Source: an uncultured delta proteobacterium
Lineage (GTDB): Bacteria > Desulfobacterota > Binatia > Binatales > Binataceae
DNA length: 64,000 nt
NCBI GenBank assembly: GCA_963793115.1
Contig: CAWBYV010000020.1
Coordinates: forward strand, 70,124 to 134,123
Direction of reading: 5' to 3'
Both the position numbers and the translations under genes were made by a program. The notes under the pieces were generated by a model. The model was given only the letters and a program-made list of their open reading frames with translations. It did no database searches and was not told the DNA's origin. Below, piece after piece: positions 27,768-38,256 of this stretch (position 1 is its first letter; the number at the start of each line of letters is the position of its first letter).

Positions 27768-29330
27768 TCACAGCATCATTTCGATCAACTGCGGACCGGG
27801 CTCGGCGAAGGCGCGGCGGAGATTTTCGGTCAGCGTCTCGGCGGTCTCGACGCGCACCGCGGGCACGCCTAACCCGCGCGCCAAGCGCACCCAATCGAGA
27901 TCGGGGTTGCCGAGTTCGGTGAGCGAGCGGGCCTTGCGGCCGGGCTCGGTCACGCCCGCACGATACAACTCGACCTGCAAAATGCGATAGCTGCGATTGT
28001 TGCAGAGCAGCGTCGTCACGTTGAGGCGCTCGCGGGCCTGGGTCCACAGCGCCTGGATCGTGTACATCGCGCTGCCGTCGGCCTGAAACGCAATCACGCG
28101 GCGATCCGGGCATGCGACCGCGGCGCCGGTCGCGCACGGAAGTCCCTGGCCGATCGCGCCGCCGGTCAGCGAGAGGTAGGTATGCCGCGGGGCTCCCGCC
28201 GACGCCATGAAGAATGGCAGGCCGGTGGTCGCCGCTTCATCCATCACAATCGCGCCCTCGGGCATCAGCGCTGCCAGCGCTGCGCCGACGGTCATCGCGT
28301 TCAGCGGTCCGGCCGGCAGGGCAGGGCGGTCGAGTGAGGCTTGCGCGCCTGCCGATTGCGAGGCGCCGATCGCTTCGGCGAGCGCTTCGAGCGCCGTGAT
28401 CACGTCCTGCTCGGGAGTCGCGAGTGTTTCCACGCGGCATCCATCGGGTACGAGGCGGCTCGGCAGGTTGGGATAGCCGAAAAAGGCGACCGGCTCGCGC
28501 GCGCCGGCGAGCACGAGGGTTTCAAGTTTCCCCAGCGTGTCGAGCACCTGCTCGGGAAAGTAAGGCAACCGCTCAACCGCCGGCATCCCGGCGCCGCGCT
28601 CGACTCGAGCGGGAAAGGTCTCACACAGCAGACGGCATCCCGAGACCGCCGCGATTCGCGCCGCGGCGGCGAGCCCGCGCTCGCGAAGGGCGAGGCCGCC
28701 CAGCAGCATCGCGAGCTTCGATCCCGTCAGCTTCGATCCCGAATAACGAAATGCGGCCGCGGCCGAATCGATCGCGCGATCCGGCGGCGCCGGATGCGGC
28801 GCGATCTGAATCGGCGCAGCCGGGCCGTCAGCCGGTTCCCATTGGCAGTCCGACGGAACGATCAGCGTCGCGATCTGTCCGGACGCATCGCCGGCCGCCG
28901 CGATCGCCTCGGCGGTGTCGGCCGCCAGCGACTGCGAGCTTTGCACCGAGCGAATCCACGTCGACACGGGTCGCGCGAGCGAGACGATATCGGAGGTCAG
29001 CGGCGCGTCGGCGGCGACGTGCCAGGTCGCGTGATCGCCTATCAGATTGACGACTGGCGAGCGCGCGCGCCGCGCGTTGTGCAGGTTGGCGATCCCGTTG
29101 GCGAAGCCGGGGCCGAGATGTAACAGCGTCATCGCGGGCTTGTCGGCCATCCGGCCGTAGCCATCCGCGGCACCGGTACACACGCCCTCGAACAGTCCGA
29201 GCACGGCGCGAATTCCCTCGACCGCGTCGAGCGCCGCGACGATCGGCATCTCGGTGGTGCCGGGATTTGCGAAACACACTTCGACGCCCGCCGCGACCGC
29301 GGTGCGAATCAAGCTCTCGGCGCCGTTCAT
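27768..29330 (-). CDS. thiamine-pyrophosphate-dependent enzyme (acetolactate synthase large subunit / benzoylformate decarboxylase-like)
   Basis: Intact 520-aa ORF with the N-terminal TPP-Pyr domain ([23 protein letters not shown]) and the C-terminal TPP-binding motif (GAIGQGLP ... FQADGSAMY ... NN). Confidence 0.8.
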   Translation of the reverse strand: MNGAESLIRTAVAAGVEVCFANPGTTEMPIVAALDAVEGIRAVLGLFEGVCTGAADGYGRMADKPAMTLLHLGPGFANGIANLHNARRARSPVVNLIGDHATWHVAADAPLTSDIVSLARPVSTWIRSVQSSQSLAADTAEAIAAAGDASGQIATLIVPSDCQWEPADGPAAPIQIAPHPAPPDRAIDSAAAAFRYSGSKLTGSKLAMLLGGLALRERGLAAAARIAAVSGCRLLCETFPARVERGAGMPAVERLPYFPEQVLDTLGKLETLVLAGAREPVAFFGYPNLPSRLVPDGCRVETLATPEQDVITALEALAEAIGASQSAGAQASLDRPALPAGPLNAMTVGAALAALMPEGAIVMDEAATTGLPFFMASAGAPRHTYLSLTGGAIGQGLPCATGAAVACPDRRVIAFQADGSAMYTIQALWTQARERLNVTTLLCNNRSYRILQVELYRAGVTEPGRKARSLTELGNPDLDWVRLARGLGVPAVRVETAETLTENLRRAFAEPGPQLIEMML

Positions 29331-29461
29331 GTTCGGACCGCCCAGCCAGCTCTAACGTTCGTTTTCTTCAAGCAGCACCTGCGGCAGACCAAATTTCCTC
29401 AGCGGCGATTTGTTCGGCGGACATTGCAATCCTCCTTGATTCCAACTCGCGCGCGCAGCAG

Positions 29462-29550
29462 CCTCACCCGGCGGGCGACTTGCTGACGCAAGTTGCGCGC
29501 CGGCCTCTCCCGGCTTGCGCCTGCGGAGAATCCGCAGGCACGGGAGAGGC
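29462..29550. repeat. REP-like palindromic element copy with nested hairpins
   Basis: CCTCACCCGGCG head. Outer stem GCCTCTCCCG (29503-29512) / CGGGAGAGGC (29541-29550). Inner stem GCCTGCGGA / TCCGCAGGC (29519-29527 / 29531-29539). Confidence 0.65.
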
Positions 29551-29633
29551 GAATCTCCCCGCTCACAGCCTCCCAGCGAAGCGAAGCAAGTCCATTCGAG
29601 CGAATAGGCTTTCTCGGCGTCGCCGGTCAAGGC

Positions 29634-30786
29634 TCAGGTCTCACGATTTCGGACTGGCGAAAGTCTGCGCAAGGCGCTGCGGCGGGAGAGTGCAGCGGCG
29701 GTTGCGGGATCGAGCCGGTCGCGCAGATGATCGCCGAGGAAGTTGAACGACATCACGGCCAAAAAGATGAATCCGCCCGGGATCAGGATCCACGGGTAGC
29801 GCGCGAGGTTCTGCACGTCCTGCGCCTGCGCCAGCAGATTACCCCAGCTGCGCGGCCGGCTCCTGGATACCGAGTCCGAGCAACGATAGCGCGCTCTCGC
29901 CCAGGATGAAGCCGGGGATCGAGAGCGTCGCGGCCACCACCGCGTAGCCAATCACCGACGGCACCACATGGAGCACCAGCACGCGCATCGCGGATGCGCC
30001 CAGGGCGCGCGCCGCCTCGACGTACGGACGCGAGCGCACCGACGCCACCATCCCGCGGATGATTCGTGCGAAGCCCGCCCAACTGATGAAGCTCATGATC
30101 GCGACGATCATGAAGAAGGTCTGCACGGCGCCCATCCCGGCCGGAATCACGGCCGCGAGCGCCAGCAGGAAATAGAACGACGGCAGCGACATCTCGATTT
30201 CCGACCATCGCATGATCAGGTTGTCGGTTAATCCGCCCACGTAGCCGGAGAGTGCGCCCACCGTGATCCCGAGCGAAAATGTGATCAGCACGCCGACCAG
30301 GCCAACGCACATGCTGACCCGCGAGCCGTAAATGATCCGGGAGAGCAGGTCGCGACCAAGCCCGTCGCTACCCATCGCGAACCAGGGCGGGTCGCCTCGA
30401 TCGGTGGCAAAAAGATGTCCCCGCGCCAGAAAATGCACGTATATCCTGCGGCTGCGATCGGCAGCGAACTTGCGCTCCATCGGGTCCGCCATCCGCATCG
30501 GGTAGGCGTAGAGCAGGCCGTGCGGCCAATTCGCCGGCTCGCTCAGATGAAGCCCCATCGGCGGGCAATCCGGCAGCTCGCGATACTGAAGGGTCGGATC
30601 GTAGGGCGCGAAGAACGGCGACGCGGCGGCCAGCAGGTAGAAGAAAATAAGGCAGAGCGCGGAGCCGCGGACCGGCCACGAGGCCCATCGCCACTCGCGC
30701 GCGATCCTGGTGCACAATCGCGAAAGGCGTGGGCCTGAACCGCCGCCTGCCGGTGCGGGATCGATCGCGGTAGCCGGCGCGTTCAC
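29634..30786 (-). CDS. ABC transporter permease, DppC/OppC-like (one frameshift near 29850)
   Basis: ORF 29839..30786 carries the N-terminal TM segments and the EAA-loop region ([11 protein letters not shown]). The C-terminal WGNLLAQAQ ... PWILIPGGFIFLAVMSFNFLGDHLRDRLDP is in ORF 29634..29951. Confidence 0.8.
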
Positions 30787-31757
30787 GAGCGCGAGGAGAA
30801 ATCGACCCGCGGGTCAACGGCCACCAGCGCGATGTCGGCGAGCAGATTGCCGAGCAAAAGCATCGCGGCGCCCATCAGGACCGATCCCATCACCAAGTAG
30901 ATATCGAGCGAGCGGACCGCGTCGAGCAGCAGTAGCCCGAGCCCTTGCAGGTTCATCACCGCCTCGACCAGCGCCGCGCCGCTCAGCAGGTCGGCCAGGC
31001 CGTAACCCGCCATCGTCACGAACGGATTGAGCGCGTTGCGCAGCACGTGCTTGTAGATCACGACGCGCTCGGAGAGTCCCTTGGCCCGTGCGGTGCGGAC
31101 GAACTCGGCATTCTTGATTTCCAGGATCTGCGAGCGCATCAGGCGCATCAGACCGGCCATCCCCGACGTGCCCAGCACGATCACCGGCAGCACCAGATGA
31201 TTCACGCGGTCGGCGAGCTTGCCCCAGAAGTCGAGCGTCACGTAGTCAACCGAAACCGTGCCGCCCACGGGGAACCATCCGGTGCGCAGCGCAAAGTACA
31301 TCGCGAGGAACGCGAAAAAGAAGCTCGGCAGCGACATCCCGAAGAAGGCGAGGAACGACAGCACCCGATCGAGGATCGTGTCCTGTTTGACGGCGACCAC
31401 GATACCGATCGGAATCGCGAGCAGCCAGGAAAACAGCATGCTGCTGACCGCGAGGATCATGGTGTTCAGCGCGCGCGAGGAGATCAGATCGACGACGCTG
31501 ACGCGATAGGCGAGCGAGATGCCGAAGTCGAGGTGAATCGCGCTCCAGAGCCACTTGAGGTAGCGCACGAGCAGGGGTTTATCGAGGCCGAACTCGGCCT
31601 CCATCTGGCGGATTACGTCGGGAGAGATCGACGGATTGAGCTTGAGGCTGGAGAGAAAATCGCCCGGCACGAGCGACATGACAAGGAAGGACAGAAAAGT
31701 GATCCCGATAATGAGCGGGATCATGTTGAGCATGCGCTTTACGATGAAGCGGAGCAT
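30783..31757 (-). CDS. ABC transporter permease, DppB/OppB-like
   Basis: Intact 324-aa ORF with MLRFIVKRMLNMIPLIIGITFLSF at the N-terminus and FVRTARAKGLSERVVIYKHVLRNAL (EAA loop). A 4-bp overlap joins it to the downstream permease. Confidence 0.85.
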   Translation of the reverse strand: MLRFIVKRMLNMIPLIIGITFLSFLVMSLVPGDFLSSLKLNPSISPDVIRQMEAEFGLDKPLLVRYLKWLWSAIHLDFGISLAYRVSVVDLISSRALNTMILAVSSMLFSWLLAIPIGIVVAVKQDTILDRVLSFLAFFGMSLPSFFFAFLAMYFALRTGWFPVGGTVSVDYVTLDFWGKLADRVNHLVLPVIVLGTSGMAGLMRLMRSQILEIKNAEFVRTARAKGLSERVVIYKHVLRNALNPFVTMAGYGLADLLSGAALVEAVMNLQGLGLLLLDAVRSLDIYLVMGSVLMGAAMLLLGNLLADIALVAVDPRVDFSSRS

Positions 31758-31793
31758 GAAGAGTGGGCGCTAAGGGGGTTCGGCGCGCGCAGC

Positions 31794-33488
31794 TCAGTCC
31801 GCGCGGAACCGGATCCATTCGGGTTTGTAGAGTCCCCACACCGTCGGGTCGTAATTTTCGAGCTGGTTCTTGTACGCGCTGAAGGTCATCTGGCGGACGG
31901 TCTCGATAATCGGCAACTGCTCGTGCAGGATTTCCTGGATTTGCCAGTAGTAGGGCGCGCGCTTTTTGGTGTCCATCTCGGCCGAGCCCTCGTCGAGCAG
32001 CCGATCGATCTCGGCCTCCCACGGCGTGGCCGGGGCTTTTTGGGCGGGGTTCCAGATGTGCAGGTTGCCTGACGAACGGTAAAAGTTCGCGCCGTTATTG
32101 GGCTCGATACCGCCGGTGAAGCCGATCAGGATGCAATCCCAGTCGAAGGTCGAATCGAGCTTCTCGACCAGGGTGGTGAACTCGAGCGGCCGGTAATTCA
32201 CGCGGATTCCGAGGTTGGCGAGGTCCTGCTTGAAGATCGCGCACATCTGATCGCGCACGGCGACGCCGGTGTTGGTCATCAGGTTGAACTCGAGCGGCAC
32301 GCCGTGAGGATCGACCCGGACCGCGGGCTTCACCAGATGATAGCCGGCGGATTCCAGCAACTGCGCCGCCAGCCTTGGATCGTAGTCGTAATCCTTGAGG
32401 TTGGGGTCGTGGAAAATCTTGTTGGCGGGCGAAATGCCGGCGACCGCCGGCGCGCCGAGTCCGTGGAAGCAAAGGTTGATCATCGCGTGCTTGTCGACGG
32501 AATGCGCGATCGCGCGCAGGAAAGCCGGATCGGTGAACCAGCCGAGCTTCGGATCGGTCTTGCCGCCATGCATGTAGTGGCGCGGGTTGCGATTGAAGGA
32601 GAAAAACAGTTCGCCGGTGTCGATTCCCGTGTCCGCGGTCGTTACGCTGAGCGAGGCGGCCTTGCTGCGCAGGTCGAGCACCTCTTCGGGACGTGGCGCG
32701 TAGACGTCGGTCTGGCCCGACAGGAACTTCAGATAGGAGGCGTTCTGGTCCTGCACGATCAGCAGCATCTCGCCGTGCAGTCTCGGCAGGGGCGCGCCGT
32801 GCTCGTCGCGCATCCAGTAGTCGGGATTGCGCTGGTAGGCCACGAACTGTGCCGGGACGTAGCGCGTCATCCGGAACTGGCCGTCGCCGACGATCTTTCC
32901 CGGCGGCGTATCGATGCCCCAGGTGCGATTGAAACTCCCGGAATCGAGCGCAGCTTTCAGCAGGTGCTCGGGCAGAATCTCGAACCCGATCGAATAGAGA
33001 ATCGGCGCGAACGGCCGCGGCATCGTCATGACCACGGTGTAGTCGTCGGGCGCTGTGGCCTTAATCGGCTGGCCGTCGATGGTGAGAATCGGGCGCAGGC
33101 TGTTGGGCACCCTGGGGTCGTAGATCGCGCGCAGGGTAAAGATTACGTCGCGCGCGGTCAGCGGCTGGCCGTCGAACCATTTAACGTCGCGGCGCAGATG
33201 AAAGGTGATGGTCTTGCCGCCGTCGCTCAAGTCCCAACTCGACGCGAGACCCGGCTCGGGCAAGGTCGTGACCGGATTGGTCCTGACCAGCCCCTCGAAG
33301 ATCCCGTTCAGCGCCTGGCCTGACGCGTTATCCGTAACCAGCAGGGGATTGAAAGTTCGCGGATCGCTGATCGTCGCCTCGTAGAGCACCTGTTCTTTGG
33401 CATGATCGGGCGCCGTGCGCCTGACGCGGCATCCGGCGCCCAACGCAAGCGCGATCAAGGCCGGCAGCAGGATCGTGCGCCTGCTCAT
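31794..33488 (-). CDS. ABC transporter substrate-binding protein, family 5 (peptide/nickel type), lipoprotein
   Basis: The conserved part starts at MSRRTILLPALIALALGAGC (lipobox), with the ATG complement at 33486-33488 and an alternative at 33506. The long upstream part of ORF 31794..33839 is Arg-rich non-coding-like sequence. Family-5 SBP blocks present: DPRTFNPLL, FHLRRDVKWFDGQPLTARDV. Confidence 0.8.
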   Translation of the reverse strand: MSRRTILLPALIALALGAGCRVRRTAPDHAKEQVLYEATISDPRTFNPLLVTDNASGQALNGIFEGLVRTNPVTTLPEPGLASSWDLSDGGKTITFHLRRDVKWFDGQPLTARDVIFTLRAIYDPRVPNSLRPILTIDGQPIKATAPDDYTVVMTMPRPFAPILYSIGFEILPEHLLKAALDSGSFNRTWGIDTPPGKIVGDGQFRMTRYVPAQFVAYQRNPDYWMRDEHGAPLPRLHGEMLLIVQDQNASYLKFLSGQTDVYAPRPEEVLDLRSKAASLSVTTADTGIDTGELFFSFNRNPRHYMHGGKTDPKLGWFTDPAFLRAIAHSVDKHAMINLCFHGLGAPAVAGISPANKIFHDPNLKDYDYDPRLAAQLLESAGYHLVKPAVRVDPHGVPLEFNLMTNTGVAVRDQMCAIFKQDLANLGIRVNYRPLEFTTLVEKLDSTFDWDCILIGFTGGIEPNNGANFYRSSGNLHIWNPAQKAPATPWEAEIDRLLDEGSAEMDTKKRAPYYWQIQEILHEQLPIIETVRQMTFSAYKNQLENYDPTVWGLYKPEWIRFRAD

Positions 33489-34423
33489 GCGCGAGCGCCT
33501 ACCCATCGAGCGCGCCAGCCCAGGGTTTCGCGATCGAGCGAAGACAGAGTCTCGCGATCGAGATCGATCTCCCTGGTCGAGGGGCCCGGCGACAACACGA
33601 ACATCGAATCCGCGATCGCGCCGTTCACGATCGGACGCTGAAAGCGGAACTTCACCTTGCTCTGCGCCGGCGGGAAATCCGCCTCCACCTGGTAGGCCAT
33701 CATGAGCCCGCCGATATCCTGAAAGTCGCCGTAGCGCACCTCGCAACTGATTCGCCCGTCCTGCAGCCGCTGGCGAACGAGCGCGAGTTCGCCGCCGGCG
33801 AACCCCAGTTCGAGCGTGCCACCGTCGGGCAAGCGCCACGACGCGATCAGAATCGCGTCCGCCGTGCGCACTGAATCCGGCGGCTTCGAGAGTAGATTCG
33901 GATCCGGCGCGAGTCCCATCAACAGGCCGATCGCGGATTTGGGCGCCAGCGGCACTTGCGCGAAGCGGTTCAGCGTAGCGGCGGTTGCCGCGCCGCGCAT
34001 CAGAGTATTGTCGGAGGAGCGAAAGATGGCGACCTGAGAGTCCTTCGCGGCCACCACCATCGCTACTCCCAACGGCGACATCGCCTCGATACGCAAGTCC
34101 TGCGGGCGGCGCAGCGTGATGACCTCGCGGGCCTTCAGATGGTGCTTCGGATTCGAGAACTCCATCACGGCCGGGGTCTGCATCGAGTCGAGCGCGCGAT
34201 CGCGTTCGGCGAGCGTGCGGATCAATTCGGTCGCGCGCGCAGTCTGGTCCGCGGACGACTCGGATACGGAAGCGGCCGGAGCGGATGGACGGGCCGTGAT
34301 GAGAGCGCAGGCCGAAAGCTGGATGGCAATTGCGATCAGCGCAATCTGAAGGACCAATGCCGGGCGCGCGCGGCGCGCCGCTCGCGGCGCGGCCGGCGTC
34401 TTACTGCGCGGCGCTCCCCACAT
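33485..34423 (-). CDS. LolB/DUF4292-like outer-membrane lipoprotein
   Basis: 312-aa ORF with a lipobox (AIQLSAC). Its length and beta-rich pattern, and its position downstream of a TPR lipoprotein, resemble DUF4292/LolB-like proteins. The call is family-level and tentative. Confidence 0.5.
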   Translation of the reverse strand: MWGAPRSKTPAAPRAARRARPALVLQIALIAIAIQLSACALITARPSAPAASVSESSADQTARATELIRTLAERDRALDSMQTPAVMEFSNPKHHLKAREVITLRRPQDLRIEAMSPLGVAMVVAAKDSQVAIFRSSDNTLMRGAATAATLNRFAQVPLAPKSAIGLLMGLAPDPNLLSKPPDSVRTADAILIASWRLPDGGTLELGFAGGELALVRQRLQDGRISCEVRYGDFQDIGGLMMAYQVEADFPPAQSKVKFRFQRPIVNGAIADSMFVLSPGPSTREIDLDRETLSSLDRETLGWRARWVGARA

Positions 34424-36194
34424 TCTGGAGGCCCTGAAGCTTGGTCTTCAGCCGCTCGATCTGGTCCATCTGGTCAGGTTCGTGGGCCTTCGCGTCCGTC
34501 TCCTGGGCCTTCTTCAACGCGTCCTGATATTCGTGGCGAGCCTCTTTGATCCTGCCGATCTTTACGTAGGCGTCGCCGAGATGCTCGACGATAGTGGGGT
34601 CGTCGCCGGTGAGCATCACCGCCCGTTCGAGTTGTTCGACCGCTTTCTTGTACTGGCCCTTCTGGAAGTACACCCATCCCAGGCTGTCCACGTAAAAGCC
34701 GTCTTCAGGTTCGATATCGAGCGCATGCTTGATCAGCTTTTCGGCCTCGTCGAGGTGGCTGCCCTGCTCGGCGTAACTGTAGGCAAGATAGTTCAGCGCC
34801 TGGGCGTTGCCGGGGTTGAGCTCGATCGCCTTGCGCATCTCCGCGATGCTGTCGGGCATCTGGTGGTTCTCGTCGTAGAGCGAGCCGAGCGTGAAGTGGA
34901 CCTTGTCGCTGCGGGGGTCGAGACTCACCATCTTGAGGGCCAGCTCGATCGCGGAGGCCATGTCCTTCTTCTCGCGATAGACGCCCACCAGGTAGCTCAT
35001 GATCTCGCTGTCGTTGGGGCGCTGCTTGAGCGCGTCATTCAACGCCGCGATAGCGTCGTCGTATTTCTCGGCTTTGTCGTAGAGATAGGCCAGTTGCAAT
35101 CGCGACTCGACGTAATGCTCGGCGCCGGGCGGTACTTTCTGAAACTCGGCGAGCGCCCGGTCGTTTTCGTTGAGCTCCGAGTACGCGGTACCCAGATAAT
35201 AGCGGACGCGGTAATTGTCCGGTTCGGAACCCAGCACGAGGTTGAATTCGGTGGCCGCGCGATCGTAGTCCTCGCGTTGGAAGTAGAGCAGGCCGATCTT
35301 GATCCGGGTGTCGGTCGGCGAGGTGCTGCTCTGCTCGACCCGCTGAAATTCCTTCAGCGCTTCGTTGTAGTTCTTCTGGCCCAGGTAGAGCTCGGCCACG
35401 TGCTTTCGCACCAGCTCGTTGTTCGGATTGATCTGAAGGATCTTCTGGTAGAGCGCGATCGCTTCCGGCTGCTTGCCCTGGGCTTCGCGCAGCACGCCAA
35501 GATCGAGCAGCACCAGCTCCGATTGCGGGTTCAGCTTCAGCGCTTTGTGGTAGTAACTCTCGGCGCGCGGATAGTCCTTGGCCGCGGCCATCACGCGTCC
35601 CGCGTAGTAGTAACCGAGGAACGAGCTCGGATCGAGGGTGATCAGGCGCTGAAAGGTCTTGAGCGCCTCGTCGTAGTTGCCGCGCTTGGCGTAGAGCGTA
35701 CCGAGGTACAGGTAGGCTTCCTGATTGTGCGGGTCGAGCTTCAGCGCCGCCCGATACTGCTGCTCCGAGTAGTTGTCGTCGCCCAGCGCCGAACTGACGC
35801 CGGCGGCGAGCAGGTGGGCGTCGATCGAATCGGGCGCGATCGCGACTGCGTGCTTGACCTGCACGAGCGCGTCCTTCAGCCTGCCGTCGCGGACATAGAG
35901 CGTCGCCAGCCTCACCAGCAGCTCCGCGTTGCCGGGATCGTAACGGACGGTCTGCTCGTATTCCTTTAGCGCCTCCTCGCGATCGCCCTCGTTGGTGGCG
36001 ACCTCGGCCTTCAGGAACGCACCCATCGCGTGTGCGTCGGGCGGAATCGGTACCGGCTCGACGCCGCCAAAAGGAAGCGCGTTCGAAGGGGCCGTGACCG
36101 GTTTCGAGCTTCCGTGGTCGAGCGTGGAGCAACCGGCGAGCAAGATCGGAAGCGCGGCAAGCACTGCAAGCACGCGTCGCACGGGCATTCTCAT
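34401..36194 (-). CDS. tetratricopeptide-repeat (TPR) lipoprotein
   Basis: Start MRMPVRRVLAVLAALPILLAGC (lipobox), with the ATG complement at 36192-36194. More than 12 tandem TPR units are present (recurrent A..Y...L..DP....A...LG..Y pattern). Confidence 0.8.
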   Translation of the reverse strand: MRMPVRRVLAVLAALPILLAGCSTLDHGSSKPVTAPSNALPFGGVEPVPIPPDAHAMGAFLKAEVATNEGDREEALKEYEQTVRYDPGNAELLVRLATLYVRDGRLKDALVQVKHAVAIAPDSIDAHLLAAGVSSALGDDNYSEQQYRAALKLDPHNQEAYLYLGTLYAKRGNYDEALKTFQRLITLDPSSFLGYYYAGRVMAAAKDYPRAESYYHKALKLNPQSELVLLDLGVLREAQGKQPEAIALYQKILQINPNNELVRKHVAELYLGQKNYNEALKEFQRVEQSSTSPTDTRIKIGLLYFQREDYDRAATEFNLVLGSEPDNYRVRYYLGTAYSELNENDRALAEFQKVPPGAEHYVESRLQLAYLYDKAEKYDDAIAALNDALKQRPNDSEIMSYLVGVYREKKDMASAIELALKMVSLDPRSDKVHFTLGSLYDENHQMPDSIAEMRKAIELNPGNAQALNYLAYSYAEQGSHLDEAEKLIKHALDIEPEDGFYVDSLGWVYFQKGQYKKAVEQLERAVMLTGDDPTIVEHLGDAYVKIGRIKEARHEYQDALKKAQETDAKAHEPDQMDQIERLKTKLQGLQNVGSAAQ

Positions 36195-36422
36195 TCGGGG
36201 AAAGGCGCTACTACCGGAATTCGGCCAACAAATACAGTTAACACGGCGGTTTTGGGTCGTCAACGCGACCACGCTCCGGGACTATCCTGAAACATCGCTG
36301 AAACCATTGTAGAGATTGCACGACCCTGATGCGACAACTATCCGCTGGTCCGCTTCGCGCCGGTCGTCTCCTGCGCACGGTCGTGCCGTCCTGCACAGTC
36401 CCTTGCCGGCACGACCCGATGC

Positions 36423-37871
36423 TTGCGCCCCTTCGCTTCGTCGGGTAGAGCGGGAGGCCGGAGTGCGCGCAAGGGTCTGCTGGAAAAGACGCCACTGGAA
36501 AAGACGCCAAACGGAGAGTTCGGTTTCCACGCGGCTACTTCGCCGCCGGCCGCCGCCACGCGCAGACTCTCGCTGATCCCGCTCGTCGCCCTGATGTATC
36601 TGGTAGTCAGCGGCGGCGCCTACGGGATGGAAGACGCGGTCCGGATCGCCGGTCCCCGGCTGACGATTCTGCTCTGCCTCACCGTGCCGATCACGCTCAG
36701 CCTGCCGACCTCGCTGATGGCCTCGGAATTGACGGCGCTGATGCCGATCGAAGGGGGCTTCTATTTCTGGGTCAAAGAAGCATTCGGACCGTTTGCCGGC
36801 TTCATGGAAGCTTACCTCACCCTGCTTTACACCGCGGTTGACATGGCGATCTATCCGGTTCTGTTCGGAGCCTATCTGGGGTTCATCTTCCCGATCGGGT
36901 TCGCGGGCGAGGCTGCGTTGGGCCTCGCGCTGGTCTGGATGTCGGGGATTCTCAATCTGATGGGAGTCCGGCCGGTCGGCAACACCTCGATACTTCTCAC
37001 CGCGACCCTGCTTGCCCCGTTCGTGGCGATGGTCGTGCTCGGCATGCCCCGGCTGATCCACTGGCAGCCGCCGCCCGAGCATCTGGCTGGGGCGCATTTG
37101 TTGAGCGGGCTCGGCGCGGGACTGACGGTCGTGATCTGGAACTTCTGCGGATGGGAGAACCTGAGCGTGGTCGCCGGCGAGGCTCGAAGAGCCGGGCCGC
37201 AACTACCTGCGCGCGGTCGCCATCACCCTGCCGCTGGTGACGCTGGGATACCTGCTGCCCCTGATGGTCGCCGTGTCGGGTCCCAACGCCCTGACCGACT
37301 GGCGAACCGGATCGTTTTCGCAGGTCGGCGCCGCGATCGGCGGTCGCTACCTGGGCGCCGCGGTCGCAATCGGCGGCGGCGTGTCCGCGTTCGCGATCTT
37401 CGAGGCCGGGATGCTGTGGATTTCGCGCATCCCGTCGGTGCTGGCGCGCGAGCGGTACCTGCCGCGCGCACTTTCGGATCTGATGGCCTCGACGGCGACG
37501 CCGTGGAAGTCGATCCTGGTTTGCTGCGCGGTCTACTCGATGCTGCTGCCGCTTGGATTCGTGGCGCTGGTAGTGATGGATGTCTTCTTCTACATGAGCG
37601 CGCTGGCGCTCGAGATGGGCGCGCTGCTGAGGCTTCGGCGGACGTATCCCGAGCGCGACGGGCGCCTGGTGATCGGGCGAAGCGGCCGGCGCTATACGCG
37701 ATGGTGCTGGCCCCGATGCTTACCTGGATCGCGACCTTTGGGCTCGCGCTCGGAGCGGAGCATGCCACGCAAGGCTTCATCGCGGCGGTGGCGATTACGC
37801 TCGCGGGATGGCCGGTGTTTGCGCTCCTGAAGCGCCGCTACGGCGGCGCCGCCGGCGCGGGGGGGCGATAG
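36423..37871 (+). CDS. APC-superfamily amino acid permease (frameshifts near 37183 and 37688)
   Basis: 12-TM-like pattern. The N-terminal LVALMYLVVSGGAYGMED and FCGWENLSVVAGE lie in ORF 36423... The middle part LEEPGRNYLRAVAITLPLVTLGYLLP lies in the frame of ORF 37237..37830. The C-terminus returns to the first frame. The start codon is uncertain. Confidence 0.75.
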   Translation: MRPFASSGRAGGRSARKGLLEKTPLEKTPNGEFGFHAATSPPAAATRRLSLIPLVALMYLVVSGGAYGMEDAVRIAGPRLTILLCLTVPITLSLPTSLMASELTALMPIEGGFYFWVKEAFGPFAGFMEAYLTLLYTAVDMAIYPVLFGAYLGFIFPIGFAGEAALGLALVWMSGILNLMGVRPVGNTSILLTATLLAPFVAMVVLGMPRLIHWQPPPEHLAGAHLLSGLGAGLTVVIWNFCGWENLSVVAGEARRAGPQLPARGRHHPAAGDAGIPAAPDGRRVGSQRPDRLANRIVFAGRRRDRRSLPGRRGRNRRRRVRVRDLRGRDAVDFAHPVGAGARAVPAARTFGSDGLDGDAVEVDPGLLRGLLDAAAAWIRGAGSDGCLLLHERAGARDGRAAEASADVSRARRAPGDRAKRPALYAMVLAPMLTWIATFGLALGAEHATQGFIAAVAITLAGWPVFALLKRRYGGAAGAGGR

Positions 37872-38256
37872 CGGCCTGCTTCCTGCGCGCGACGTTCTTG
37901 AACCAGATCGAAAGCCGTTTCTGGCCGAGTGCTCCCCTCGCCACCCGGATCATCGTATCGACGACTTCGACTTCGGTCGGCGTTACCCCGTAGCCGTTCA
38001 GGTCGAGGAATACGGCCGCGGCGAGGAATGCCATCCGCTTGTTGCCGTCCACGAAGGGATGATTCCTCGCCATCCCGACAGAATAGGCGGCAGCGAGATC
38101 GAAGATCGACGGATCATCGCCATACGCAGCCAGGTTGCGCGGTCTGGCCAGGGCGCGTTCCAGAAGGCCGGCATCGCGCGCTCTCCTGCCGAATTCCGCA
38201 AGCGCTTCATCGTGGAGTGCGATGACTTCGTCCTTCGTCAGCCACGCGGGCTTCAT
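37795..38256 (-). CDS. doc: Doc (death-on-curing) Fic-family toxin
   Basis: 153-aa ORF with the Doc/Fic motif HPFVDGNKRMAF. It abuts the upstream antitoxin ORF. Confidence 0.85.
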   Translation of the reverse strand: MKPAWLTKDEVIALHDEALAEFGRRARDAGLLERALARPRNLAAYGDDPSIFDLAAAYSVGMARNHPFVDGNKRMAFLAAAVFLDLNGYGVTPTEVEVVDTMIRVARGALGQKRLSIWFKNVARRKQAAIAPPRRRRRRSGASGAQTPAIPRA

